From Heptranchias perlo (taxonomy: Eukaryota): a stretch of 64,000 nt of DNA. The position numbers were made by a program, and so were the translations under genes. Every line of letters starts with the position of its first letter. Position 1 is the stretch's first letter. Where the stretch lies: positions 40,734,001 to 40,798,000 of the forward strand of contig NC_090336.1 in NCBI RefSeq assembly GCF_035084215.1, in the 5' to 3' direction. The notes under the pieces are model-generated. The model saw nothing but the letters and a program-made list of their open reading frames with translations. It made no database searches and had not been told where the DNA came from. This document shows positions 1 through 10,775 of the stretch, piece by piece.

Positions 1-640
1 AGCCATGTTTCAGTAATAGCTATAACATCCCAGTCCCATGTACCCATCCATGCCCTGAGTTCATCTGCCTTGCCAATCAGACTTCTTGCATTGAAATAAA
101 TGCAGTTTAATCTAGACTTCCCTTGGTCTTTGCCCTGCTTTCTCAGACCATCTGTCCGGTCATGTTCTGTACACTCTCCCTTACTGCCTTTTGTTTCTGT
201 CACCACTTTATTTCCCACTGACTTCCTGCATCGGTTCCCATCCCCCTGCCACATTAGTTTAAACCCTCCCCAACAGCACTGGCAAACACTCCCCCTAGGA
301 CATTGGTTCCAGTCCTGCCCAGATGCAGACCGTCCAATTTGTACTGGTCCCACCTCCCCCAGAACCGGTTCCAATGGCCCAGGAATTTGAATCCCTCCCT
401 CTTGCACCATCTCTCAAGCCATGTATTCATCTTAGCTATCCTGTCATTCCTACTCTGACTTGCCCGTGGCACTGGTAGCAATCCTGAGATTACTACCTTT
501 GAGGTCCTACTCTTTAGTTTAACTCCTAACTCCCTAAATTCAGCTTGTAGGACCTCATCCTGTTTTTTACCTATATCGTTGGTGCCTATATGCACCACGA
601 CAACTGGCTGTTCACCCTCCCCCTCCAGAATGTCCTGCAG
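1..640 (-). mobile_element. CR1 LINE, 5'-truncated within ORF1; continues beyond window start
   Basis: ORF 254-~640 encodes an SGNH-esterase C-terminal half (VVVHIGTND...DGLHL). Minus-strand 1-~120 translates as RLNCIYFNARSLIGKADELRAWMGTWDWDVIAITETW, the APE-endonuclease start of ORF2. Confidence 0.92.
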
Positions 641-980
641 TAGGGAGAAAATGGTTGCAATCAGTGTGTAATGCTGATTTAAAGTGATACACACAATTTT
701 GGACCTTAATGCTCAACTCAACGCACTGTCTTATCCCCGGCCATCTAAACGTTTCTTACAGTGCCTGAAGGACCCCCTACTAGCGTTATTTAAAGGGCCA
801 TGTAGGTGTTGCGGGTTAGTTGCTGGATTATTGCTTCTGGCTGCTGGAGGAGTAGGAAGTGTTTTTTGAAGCTCCCTATTCTTATTGAGAGTTCCTACAC
901 TACTTTTGAGAGTGCTTTGGCTGGTATTTCCTTATGGTTCGGAAAGTTATGACCCTGGTGGAAAAACATTCCTGCCAACC

Positions 981-2081
981 ATGGGCGGGAGCATGCAGAG
1001 AGGCCATGCCCAGCAGGTCAAGCTGCGAGGAGACAGAGGACGAGGAGGCGCAGGGCACTGAGCAAGAGGCCCTACCCAATGAGGGCCTTCCGGGATCAAT
1101 TCTCTTACCTCAACATGACCGAGAAGGATTGCATCCGCACCTGAGGTTCACCAAGGAAGCCGTCACCGAGATCTGTCAACTGGTGCGGCCACAACTGCAG
1201 CCTCAGAGAAGGGCGAGGACAGCATTGCCTGTGACTGTGATGGTCACCGTGGCACTGAATTTCTACGGCTCAGGAGGATTTCAGGCCTCGACATGTGCAA
1301 CATCTCGCAGATTGCAGTGCACTGCTGCATAAGGGAGGTCACAGACGCACTGTACCACATGAGGAACAGGTTCATCACCTTCCCTCTCGACAGAGACAAT
1401 CAGAATGAGCGAGCACGGGGGTTCGCCCACATTGCTGGCTTCCCCATGGTGCAGGGTGTTATGGACTACACACATATTGTCCTGCGTGCCCCGCACATCA
1501 ACTCGGCCGTCTTCGTCAATCGAAAGGGCTTCCACTCCCTCAACGTGCAGCTGGTGTGCGACCACACGCATCGCATCATGGAGGTCGATTCCCGCTACCC
1601 TGGGAGCAGCCACAACGCCTTCGTCATGCGGCAGTCCAACGTGCCAGATATCTTTCATCCAACTCAGCAAGTCAAAGGCTGGCTACTGGGCGACAAGGGC
1701 TATCCCCTCACGACATGGCTCATGACACCGGTCAGGAATCCACGCACATGTGCACAGCAGGCCTATAATGAGAGCCATGCTGCCACACGCAACATCGTGG
1801 AGCACACCATAGGCCTCCTCAAACAACACTTCCACTGCCTAGACTGGTCTGGAGGAGCCCTGCAGTACTCCCCTGAGCGGGTGGGCAGATTCGTGGTGGT
1901 CTGCTGCATGCTGCACAACCTCGCCATCATGAGGGACCAGCCTTTGCCACCAAAGACTGCAGAAGATTCTGAGCCAGAGGTGGAGGAGGAGGCTGAGGAA
2001 GAAGAGGAGGAAGAGGCTGAGGAGGAGCTGGAGGAGGGGGTGGAGCCGGAAGAGGAGGTGGAGGAAAACGCAAGATTGTAG
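981..2081 (+). pseudogene. Harbinger (HARBI1-like, DDE_Tnp_4) transposase, frameshifted
   Basis: Motifs RFTKEAVTEICQL, VALNFYGSG, GVMDYTHI (D), NRKGFHSLNVQLVCD, LLGDKGYP (D), YNESHAATRNIVEHTIGLLK (E), CCMLHN, and a Glu-rich tail. Frameshifts near 1140 and 1290; start position approximate. Confidence 0.92.
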
Positions 2082-2331
2082 CACGAGCCACACGCCTTGT
2101 CTGCAAGGGCTGTGCGTGCTCACCTGATCTGTGCCCGCTATCAATAATTGGAACTACATCCCCCAACTCACCAACAGTCCTACATTCCCCTCCCACAAGA
2201 CAATCAAATCGTCCTCCATCTGATTACACATTGGTGTCCCTCTCAGCTCATTGCATGAATAAAAACCACCACCAAATGCAAAATCAAACTCTCATTTATG
2301 GATTTAGTGCCTGTTGTCTGTGTGCCTTTAC

Positions 2332-3311
2332 CTATCCTAGTGCTCCTACGAGGTGTTTCCCCAGTGGCTGGAGCATGGGTGGTGGAAGGCTGCTGGCTTT
2401 CAATGGAGGAACGTCCAGATGGCCTTGGAGGACGACCTCGAGAGCTCTGGGCCTGAAGGGCTCGGCTTCAGACTGCACCATCTCAGCATGGGCTGCAGCA
2501 GTCTGGCCTGTCTGGCCGAGAGGCAACAACAGGGGCACTGGCGGAGTGGCAGGGGTGGGAGCAGGAATGCTGTTGTCCCGAGAGAGGACAGCAGGTCCGA
2601 CTGCCATGGCGCCACTGCCACTCTCCCGGGGCGGCACCTCAGTAATCCTGGTGATCGGCTGGAGAACGGATTGCGGGAGTGCTGTGATGCCCTGGAAGCC
2701 CCGTTCCACAGTGGTCCCCAGAGCCATGATAGCAGCAGTCTGAGCTTCCAATGCAGCAATCTGAGCTGCAAATGCAGCAGTCAGACCTTGGATGGCAGAT
2801 GTTTGTGCTGCAATGGATGCTGTGACATCAGTCATCAGACGTTGCATCATGGTGGTCCCACAGGTGCGCTGATGGAGTTGGCCACCCGTTCCATGTTGGA
2901 AAGGATGGGCTCCAAGCTCAGCGCAAAGCCCTGTGCCAAGTTGGAGCTGGACTCCTCTATGCCTCTTCTCATTATGCGCAGGCTTTCCAGTGCTCCAAGC
3001 ATTTGTTGGTGAACGCCCATCAGCCGTCTTCTGTAGCCTGGCCCATCAAAGTCCTCATCTGACTCCTCTGCAGCAGAACTAATGAGCGACCTCGCCCTCC
3101 GGCGAGTTGGTTCCTGTGGAACCCGTTCCCCCTGCCCTGGCTCCTGCGCACTTGTGCTCAGTGTCTCACCATGTGCCGATCCCTCCTCTAACCTAACCTC
3201 TAAAGGACGCGCATTGTCAGTCTCTGAGCTGGTGGGAGCAAGTGTCAGATCGAGTGATGGTGTCCTCCTCCTCCTCCTCCTCCTCGGGTGCCACCACATG
3301 TTCTTGGGTAT
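2332..3311 (-). pseudogene. C-terminal exon of the Harbinger accessory (Myb/SANT-type) gene, frameshifted
   Basis: Convergent with the transposase. Splice acceptor TTTCCCTTTGGCGTTGCAG ends at 3312. ORF pieces 2847-3395 and 2332-2850 are acidic then coiled-coil-like. The Myb domain itself is not seen in this copy. Confidence 0.6.
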
Positions 3312-4003
3312 CTGCAACGCCAAAGGGAAACAGGTTGAGTTGTGGAGTGGGGAGAGGAGCAAGTAAGAGGTGTGTGCTGGCAGCATGTGCAGCACGTGGG
3401 TCAGAAAAGATTATGGGAGGAGGGAGATGTGGAAAAGGAGAAGGATCATTAGATATGCAGAGACCCCCTTGATTGGGACCTCCAGCGCGGCATAAAAGAG
3501 ACAGAAAGAAAAGGTCTTTTAAATGTCCAACAACAATTGAAATGTGAAGGAATGAGACTCCATACTTGTAAAAGTAAATTTTCAGTGCAAGAGAGGTTGT
3601 TTGGCAGTCATTAGGACTTTTGGTTACACTTAAAAAACTTGACGTACCTTTTTCTGGCGAGATTACTTTGTTTCCATCAGGGCAGAAGAGGAACTTTGTG
3701 CCGTTGCAGTGATTTCAATGGTGAGTCAGTCGGTGAGATCTCGTTCCCGCGAGGCTTCTGGAGCAGCAGGGCATCTGGTAGAAGAACTTCCAGATTTCCG
3801 TGTTTAACTGCGCATGTGCGGTCGTTGGAAGTTCCTCTACCCTTTGCACTGAAATAATGGTGAGCACTGTTAGGCTCGCTGTTATTTTTAGAGCAAAATC
3901 CGGCCCAATAAGATGAAACCACAGCTAAGGAAAGTGACGGTTTTGAAAATCATTGAAATAAAGATACAGAGAGTTTAATTTTATTTTACAGGAACAATGG
4001 GGA

Positions 4004-4106
4004 TTAAAAAGCAATTCAATTCAGCAGCTCATTGCACTGGTGAAAATGTTGTTAAAAATAATTCAATTCAGCAGTTCATTGCACTGGTGAAAATGCTGTT
4101 AAAAAC
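4004..4106. repeat. Tandem duplication, 47-bp period, about 2 copies
   Basis: AATTCAATTCAGCAG(C/T)TCATTGCACTGGTGAAAATG(T/C)TGTTAAAAA starts at 4013 and again at 4060. Confidence 0.9.
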
Positions 4107-4604
4107 TATTAATTCTTTTGTTATTGTTTTAACTACATCGTGGAGTGTGGAGCTGAATTCCTCCGATGCCAACGCCACAACCATGCTTGGGAATTTTGCT
4201 ATAGTAACAGGATGTGGAAAAGTATATTTATTTGTGAAGCCAAAATTATTAAATTAGCTTTAACTCAATTTATTTGTAACGTTTCATTAAGGTTTATAAA
4301 AATCATCTACTGGTTGATTTAATCTCTGCACACTGGGGCAAACTTTTTGCATTGTTTGCACAAAAGCGGGCATATTAGGATGGCTAATTTTATTTAAGAT
4401 GAGTTAATTTAGTTGACTTTTTAAGATGTACAAGTAATTGTATAACTGTGCAATAAATGAGCTGGTCTAGTGCCAGTCTATAGCAAGGCCCGTATAAGTC
4501 ATTCTTTGTTGTTAAACCACTGACATCTTAATAGCACTTTCATTTTGGTTAATTACTTGCATCATGAAAATTCTTTTATTTGTTTCGTTTGTCATATATA
4601 ATAA

Positions 4605-4772
4605 GGTCCAATTTTAACTTTTGGCAGTGACATACAAGGGGAGGTAGTAGATCGGTTGCCCATTATACACCCCATTGAAATCGATGGAAAGGAAAAGCAG
4701 ACAGAGTGTATCATGGGCGTCCGATCTGTTACCACCTGTTTTCCACCACTGGCGAAAGTTAAAATTAGCCCC
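4605..4772. mobile_element. Palindromic MITE (Harbinger/Tourist-like)
   Basis: Left GGTCCAATTTTAACTTTTGGCAGTG versus right reverse complement GGGGCTAATTTTAACTTTCGCCAGTG; imperfect inverted symmetry continues inward. Confidence 0.75.
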
Positions 4773-4840
4773 TACATAAGGCCGTAGACAATGCTGGTGA
4801 ATGCCAGTGATATACAGTAAAATGGATTACTTTCATAATC

Positions 4841-5198
4841 AGTCTTGGCTCAGTGGTAGCTCTTGCATCTGAGTCAGAAAGTTGTGGGTTTAAGCCCAAC
4901 TCCAGAGACTTGAGTACATAATCTATGTTGATATTTCAGTGCAGTACTGACGGAGTTCTGTACTGTTGGAGTTGCTATCTTTTGGATGAGATGTCTGCCC
5001 TCTCAGGTGGATGTAAAAGATCCCATAGCACTATTTGAAGAGCAGGGGAGTTCTCCCGGACTCCTAGCCAATATTATCCCTCAAACAACACCACCAAAAC
5101 AGATTAACTGGGCAGTTATCTCATTACTTTTTGTGGGGCCTTGCTGTGTGCAAATTGGCAGCCATGTTTCCCTACATTACAACAGTTCAAAAGCACCT
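4841..5198 (+). mobile_element. tRNA-derived Deu-domain SINE (SacSINE1/LmeSINE1/AmnSINE1-like), 3'-truncated
   Basis: A-box-like TGGCTCAGTGG and B-box-like GGTTTAAGCCC. The body CAGGTGGATGTAAAAGATCCCATAGCACTATTTGAAG...CTTGCTGTGTGCAAATTGGCAGCC matches the DeuSINE core as I recall it. Confidence 0.8.
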
Positions 5199-5202
5199 CA
5201 TC

Positions 5203-5322
5203 GTCATTGACCTGAAACTTTAACTCTGTTTCTTTCTCCACAGATGCTGCCTGACTTGCTGAATATTTCCACCATTTGTTGTTTTGATTTCAGATTCCCA
5301 GCATCCGCAGTATTTTGCTTTT
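5203..5322 (+). mobile_element. Short terminal fragment of a common shark repeat, probably Penelope-like
   Basis: GTCATTGACCTGAAACTTTAACTCTG...CACAGATGCTGCCTGACTTGCTGA...CAGCATCCGCAGTATTTTGCTTTT; family recognised from memory. Begins with the 3' half of a hammerhead-like motif. Confidence 0.55.
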
Positions 5323-5974
5323 GGTTAGGTGGATGAACAGGCTTGGTTTGGCAAACAATGCATTTGTGTTGTGCTTTATGCATCTGTGCACATATGATGC
5401 TTGACTAATGTTACTGATGTCCCCTCTGGCAGCCTAGAATGACCCCATAGCATAAAAGTTCAGGGTGGTTGTGACCATCTCATCCACTGTCAGTTCAGCA
5501 ACTGTAATGGGCGTGGGCTGTAGATCAGATTGCAGCATATGGGATAATTCACTGATTGCTTCCTTTGTAATGCACATGAACTGCAAGCACTATCCCTGAG
5601 TCAGCTGTAGGGAGGATCACCTTGGTTTGTATATCCTGGAGTGGGGCTGCCAGCTACCAGTGGGTGCCATGTGCCCGATGAACCTGCCTTCTCTCAATTT
5701 CTCCTCCTTGTTTTCCTCCAACAAACAAAGATACAAAGGCATTCCCAATATGTAACCTAATCTGGCCTCTTCAGAATTTGTGGGAGTAATAGGAGCCCCA
5801 CAGCAGAAGACACATGGAAAAGAAAAACAGAAAAAAAATGGCCAAGAAATAAGCTTTTTATGAATTCTTTTATAATAGTTGTCCTTTAAATCTATTTCTG
5901 CCTTTACATTACTGCCTAGTAATGCTACACACCTGTTTTATATGGACATGATATATGTGCAGTGTTAATGATGG

Positions 5975-6140
5975 AAAGAACAAAAGAAATTGCATTTATA
6001 TAACGCCTTTATTTTCCTCAGGACATCCAAAGGTGCTTCAGAGCCAATGAAACACTTCTGAAGTGTAATCACTTTTGTAATGTAGGCAAATGCGGCAGCC
6101 AATATTTGCACAGCAAGGTCCCACAAACAGCACAATGAAA
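5975..6140 (-). mobile_element. DeuSINE 3' fragment
   Basis: Reverse complement matches 5130-5190 and ends in GGCGTTATATAAATGCAA. Confidence 0.75.
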
Positions 6141-6635
6141 CACAGCAAATCACCGTTAAGGTTCCAGCAGCAGACTTCCTGAGCTGCTGTTCTATTACCC
6201 TTATAGTGGCACAAGTTAGACGAGCAGATCCTACGGCATGAATGACAGACTAGAGGACATGTCATCCTGGCCTAAACCCATTTTTTCATGGCTGTACCTT
6301 CACAAGGGCAATGCATCTTACACCCTTCCTCAAATTTGGTGGACTAAAGGACAGAACTTAAATAGGGCATAAAACTGGTGGCTCCTCTTTCATCCCAAAT
6401 TCTGATTTCCGCCCCCCCAATGCCCATATAGATCCACCGGGTTTATTCCCTACTAAATCATCCAGGCTATGGCATAATAAAACACAGAGCTATTATTATT
6501 ATTAAAACAAAATTAATGAGGCACATATATTTTTACCAGAACTGCTAATGCTGTAATAAGAATTCTAATAAGATATGCTACTGAGGAAGACATATGGGAG
6601 CTATGGTTGTCCACCTCAATAGCATATGTTGCTTC

Positions 6636-6775
6636 AAAGGATATGGGGAAAAGGCGGGAAAGTGGAGTTGAGGTAAAAATCAGATCAGCCATGATCTCAT
6701 TGAATGGCGGAGTAGGCTTGAGGGGCCGAATGGCCTACTCCTGCTCCTATCTCTTATGGTCTTATGGTCTTATGT
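6636..6775 (+). mobile_element. CR1 3' tail fragment
   Basis: GATCAGCCATGATCTCATTGAATGGCGGAG...GGCCTACTCCTGCTCCTAT followed by (TCTTATGG)n; near-identical to 23230-23350. Confidence 0.9.
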
Positions 6776-7268
6776 TGGCACCGGATATCAAATTGAAGAT
6801 CACCGAATCAGCCACTGCAATAAACTATGATGCCTAAAGATAAGCTTCCCTTCAGTCTTGAGCAGAAGCCACTCTGTGGGGATGAAATGATCACTGTGGA
6901 ACCAATCCCCTTGGCAGCGGAATAAACAGTCAATGAAAACATTTGATTTACAGAATGAACATCAAAGTCATGTTGGGACCACAGTCAGGTTGCAAAGGTT
7001 CAGCCACTGCATTGAAAGGATGTACTACCCACATAAACATACTACTGAGCCAAATAGTAAATGTGATAAGCACCAAAGCAGCTGTACAATTAATTAGGGA
7101 GCCAAAATCAGATTCTGCTTGGCCACAGCAATAATTCTGTTTGTCGATCACAGATGTTACTTTGAGAACAGAAGTTACTGTGGAAGAATGTTATCCTTTG
7201 ATGATGCATCCAAATGTTTGAGATTGGATCAAAATATTGGCTTTGAATGGGACTAGATTTAATACACT

Positions 7269-7885
7269 GGGGGGAGATTATGAGGCCTCCTGCCTAACAC
7301 AAATGGGTGATAGTGCCTTGAAAATGGTGGGATACGACTTACACCCTGTTACTGTGGATGGTGTGGCCGCCGTTATATACCCAAGGACCTGCTGCTGGGC
7401 AACTGGAGTGCCTGCCTGAGCCAGGCAGTTTGTACTTCACAAAACGGGATCCTATTATGGGCATAGCACCTTACTTGCCATTTTAGGACTCAACTGCTTG
7501 AAGCAAGCGCCCTGCACTCTCTGCACAGTTTCAGTTGATGAGGGGCCCAGGAAGTAAGTTGTTTGTTTATTTTTGTGGGGCTGAGAAGAGAAAGAATGCT
7601 TTTCCAGGATCCACAAACACAACCTGGGCCATTGTCCCTGAGAACAGATCCCTCCCTCTGGAGCTACCGGTTTTTTGGGTTCAGAAGGCCGGGTGAGCCA
7701 GCTGAAATGCCCAGAGCTGGCGGGCTGCTGCAGGGAGCCTGTTTTCCGCCCACAGCCTGCCAACCCTATGCTAATAAGGACCGACCCTCAAAATGAAATA
7801 GGTCTCTCCTCGGCCTATTGGGCAGCTGGCTGGCATGCTCTGCCAGGTGGCCACCTGAAAACCGCACTGGGGGGAAATCTGCCCC
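7269..7885. mobile_element. Non-autonomous TIR element (Harbinger-type MITE)
   Basis: Left GGGGGGAGATT, right AAATCTGCCCC; GC-rich body in AT-rich flanks. Confidence 0.6.
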
Positions 7886-9949
7886 TAGGGATCGAAAGGA
7901 TCAGGATAGTTGGGAAGAAATATGATGGTATTTTAGAATTCCAGGCATAAAGTGTCTGGAGTAAATTGCATTAATTCACATTCTTTTTGTTCCTACTAGT
8001 TCATTATGTTTATGATTTAAAACAAATTCTCATACAGTAGTACATTATTTATTTTAAATTTGCTATTATTGGATTAATACAAGGTTTAACATGATTTCGT
8101 ATGTGACTCATACATTGATTCTCAGAATATCTTACAAATGAGAAAAGTTATTCATTTTACTTAAAAGAAAGGACACAATCTGATCTGGTATTTACTACAA
8201 GTTAATACCAGCCTGGAGGCATTTTGTCCCAAAATATTCAGAAGTTTCTGATGGTACAAGAGTATGACATCTATATTCAGGGTAAGTTTAATTCAGTCTA
8301 CTAGTTTTCTCAGTGATGGTCAAAGACCGATGTGCCAGAAAGTCCCATTTTCTTTTTTGCAGCTTGTATTTAAGTTTTGCAACAATAATGAGAAAATACT
8401 ATTTGACTCCTGTCATATTGTTTACTGACCAAATACTAAATACAAAATACAAAACCAAATATTAAAAATAATCTACGTTACCTGCTAATTATTTGTAACT
8501 TGTTTTCTCTCCATATCAACTTATATTTAAAATTTGTTCTTTAATATTTGACTTGCAATTGTCATTAATCATTAGAGTGAAATTGTGATATTACACTTAC
8601 TGTGTTTATACGCAATAATTTTATCTGCTACTTTAATGGAGGCACCAATCTGTTTACTTTACATTGGTTTATGCCTCTTAAAATGGTATACGAAAGAATT
8701 TCACAGGAGCATATTAAGTGTTTGCATATTAATATCTCACAGTGCAGTTTCATCCCATATGTAATTATCTCTCTTTTGAACTTCCTTCTATTGCTTTAGA
8801 ATGTTTGCATGTGCATAATTAGATTCATTTTTGTATTTAGCAACCTGTGCATCTTTTCAAATTTTGTACTTGCTTCTTTGCTGCATAAATTGTGATTTAA
8901 ATTCTTCTGAGCAAGCACAGAAATCTGGAGCTGGAATGGTAGTGGCACTGAGGCAGGGATAGTGGGCGAGAGAGCATTTTGAGGGAGAAGAATGAGAAGA
9001 AGGAGGACATCTAAGAATGAGGAATGGGAACAGGGCTTGTATAATGAATGAGGGTGGATTGTAAATCAGGCTTTGAAGTAAGAGGCAACCAGGGAAAGAT
9101 GTTGGGGGCCCAGGGTGAAGTGTGGACCTTGGGGCTGCTGAAGGGTGGGAGATGGTGGGAATGCTTTTCCCATGCAATGACCTCTGGGAGTTGTAGTCTA
9201 TTTGCTTGGTTATGTCACATTGGCCTCACAGAACAATCATGTTCTTTGCATATGTGATGGAGGGTGGAAGTTGTTTGTAATTGTGGGATGAGTAAGTTTA
9301 AATGTGTAATTATTTTTTCTGGATTAGTGAATTTTATGTTATACATTTTTATTTTTGGGGGGTATATGGTGAGGTGAGTGAAAAACTGCCATGGTAGTTG
9401 TACCTTATAGAAAAAAAATTGTGCAATGATATTCGGGAGAAATTTTGCTTTGCTGGAATGTGATCAGGGAAAATTGAGCAGTATAATTGGTGAGATAACA
9501 AAAGTAGAAAATGGCCAACAGAAAAGGAATATAGGGCGCTAAATTAGGCCGTGTGGCGCTCGTTGTTTCGGCACTAAACGGCCACTCTGACATCCAAGAT
9601 GGCGTCTTAGATGCGCATGCACGTTTCCTGCGTGACGTGCTCCTGACACCATCTTGGTATAGGAGTTTGCGCAGGCGCAGATAACGAACGCTGGAATCAT
9701 GTAAAGTAGGGAGAAAATGGCTTCAATCAGTGTGCAACGCTGATTTAAAGTGATAGACACAATTTTGGGACTTAACGCTCAACTCAACGCACAGTCTTAA
9801 CCCCAACCATCTGAACATGTCTGAGAGTGCCTGGAGGACCCCCTACCAGCGCTATTTAAAGGGACTATGCAGGATTTACAGGTTAGTGGCTGGATTATTG
9901 CTTCTGGCTGCTGAGACATTTACAACTGTTTTTGGAGGTCTCCTACACT

Positions 9950-10228
9950 TGAATACTAGGACGCAGGGACATAGCTTAACATTTAGAGCCAGGATGTGCA
10001 GGAGTGAAGTTTGGAAATGCTTCTACACGAAAAGGTGAGAGACGTTTGGAACGCTCTTCTGCAAACGGCAGTTGATGCTAGCTCATTTGTGAATGTTAAA
10101 TCTGAGATTAATAGATTTCTGTGAACCAAGGATATTAAGGGATATGGGGCTAAGGCGGGTAAATGGAGTGAGATCACAGGTCCACCATGATCTCATTGAA
10201 TGGTAGAACAGGCTCGAGGGGCTAAATT
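9950..10228 (+). mobile_element. CR1 3' fragment inside the Harbinger derivative
   Basis: Encodes TRTQGHSLTFRAR...SEVWKCFYT, followed by the 3'UTR CCATGATCTCATTGAATGG...GGCTCGAGGGGCTAAAT; no 8-bp tail repeats. Confidence 0.85.
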
Positions 10229-10775
10229 CCATTGCCACTTGCTGCCTCTTGATATGTGCCACCTTCTCCTGCAAGAAAGCGGGACGTGTGTCTGGGTGAC
10301 GTGCCTGTCATGGTTGAATACCTGCCAGTGTGTGTGGCCCGTGAGTTGTGGGTGGGTGGTTTGAAACAGTGGTAATGTGTAAGGGTGAGAGGAAGCATTT
10401 GGTTGGAAGAGTTGAGTGCTGATGGAAAGAGTTTGTTGGTATATGAGTGATGGGGGTTGTAGTGCGTGGTGCAGTCGGTAGGAGACGCCACTTGACAGTT
10501 GACCTCACTCACCTTGACCACTAATGTCAATGCATTGTTCATGGTGCTGTGCGCCTGGCATTGAATTCATCCCCCGCTGCCTCCCACAGCCCTTTTAGAT
10601 ATATGTCTAGCGGGCCTCTTGCCGGCTCCCCCCCCCCACACCCTGGAAATAGAATGTCCCTCCTTCTGTCCAGCTCTTGCACCAAGGTCTCTAGTGCACC
10701 AGGAGAGAACCTTGGTCCACGCACTCTCGCAGGACTGGTACCAACTCAGATCGTCAGATTGGTGAGGTCTGGCAT
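10229..10775 (-). pseudogene. Harbinger Myb/SANT-like (MSANTD/NAIF1-type) gene remnant, two exons
   Basis: Translates RGPRFSPGALETLVQELDRRRDILFP...LWEAAGDEFNA. GTGAGT donor at 10512 and TTTCTTGCAG acceptor at 10269; exon 2 EKVAHIKRQQVA is cut by CR1 sequence. Confidence 0.8.

Larger units (their letters stand above)
639..3906 (+). mobile_element. Decayed PIF/Harbinger DNA transposon (transposase on +, partner-gene remnant on -); left end interrupted by CR1
   Basis: Contains a HARBI1-like transposase and a convergent minus-strand gene. The right terminus AAAATCCGGCCC at 3895-3906 is Harbinger-type TIR-like. 639-850 is closely similar to 9706-9915. Confidence 0.85.

Noticed and set aside
1293-2081. 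Host gene HARBI1
   Set aside because: Frameshifted upstream, and embedded in a TE with a TIR-like end and a related copy nearby.
4841-4905. tRNA gene
   Set aside because: The A/B-box-like head continues into a SINE body, with no full cloverleaf.
5203-5228. Second hammerhead ribozyme
   Set aside because: Only GTC-ATT-GACCT-GAAAC remains; the CUGANGA box and 5' stem are absent.
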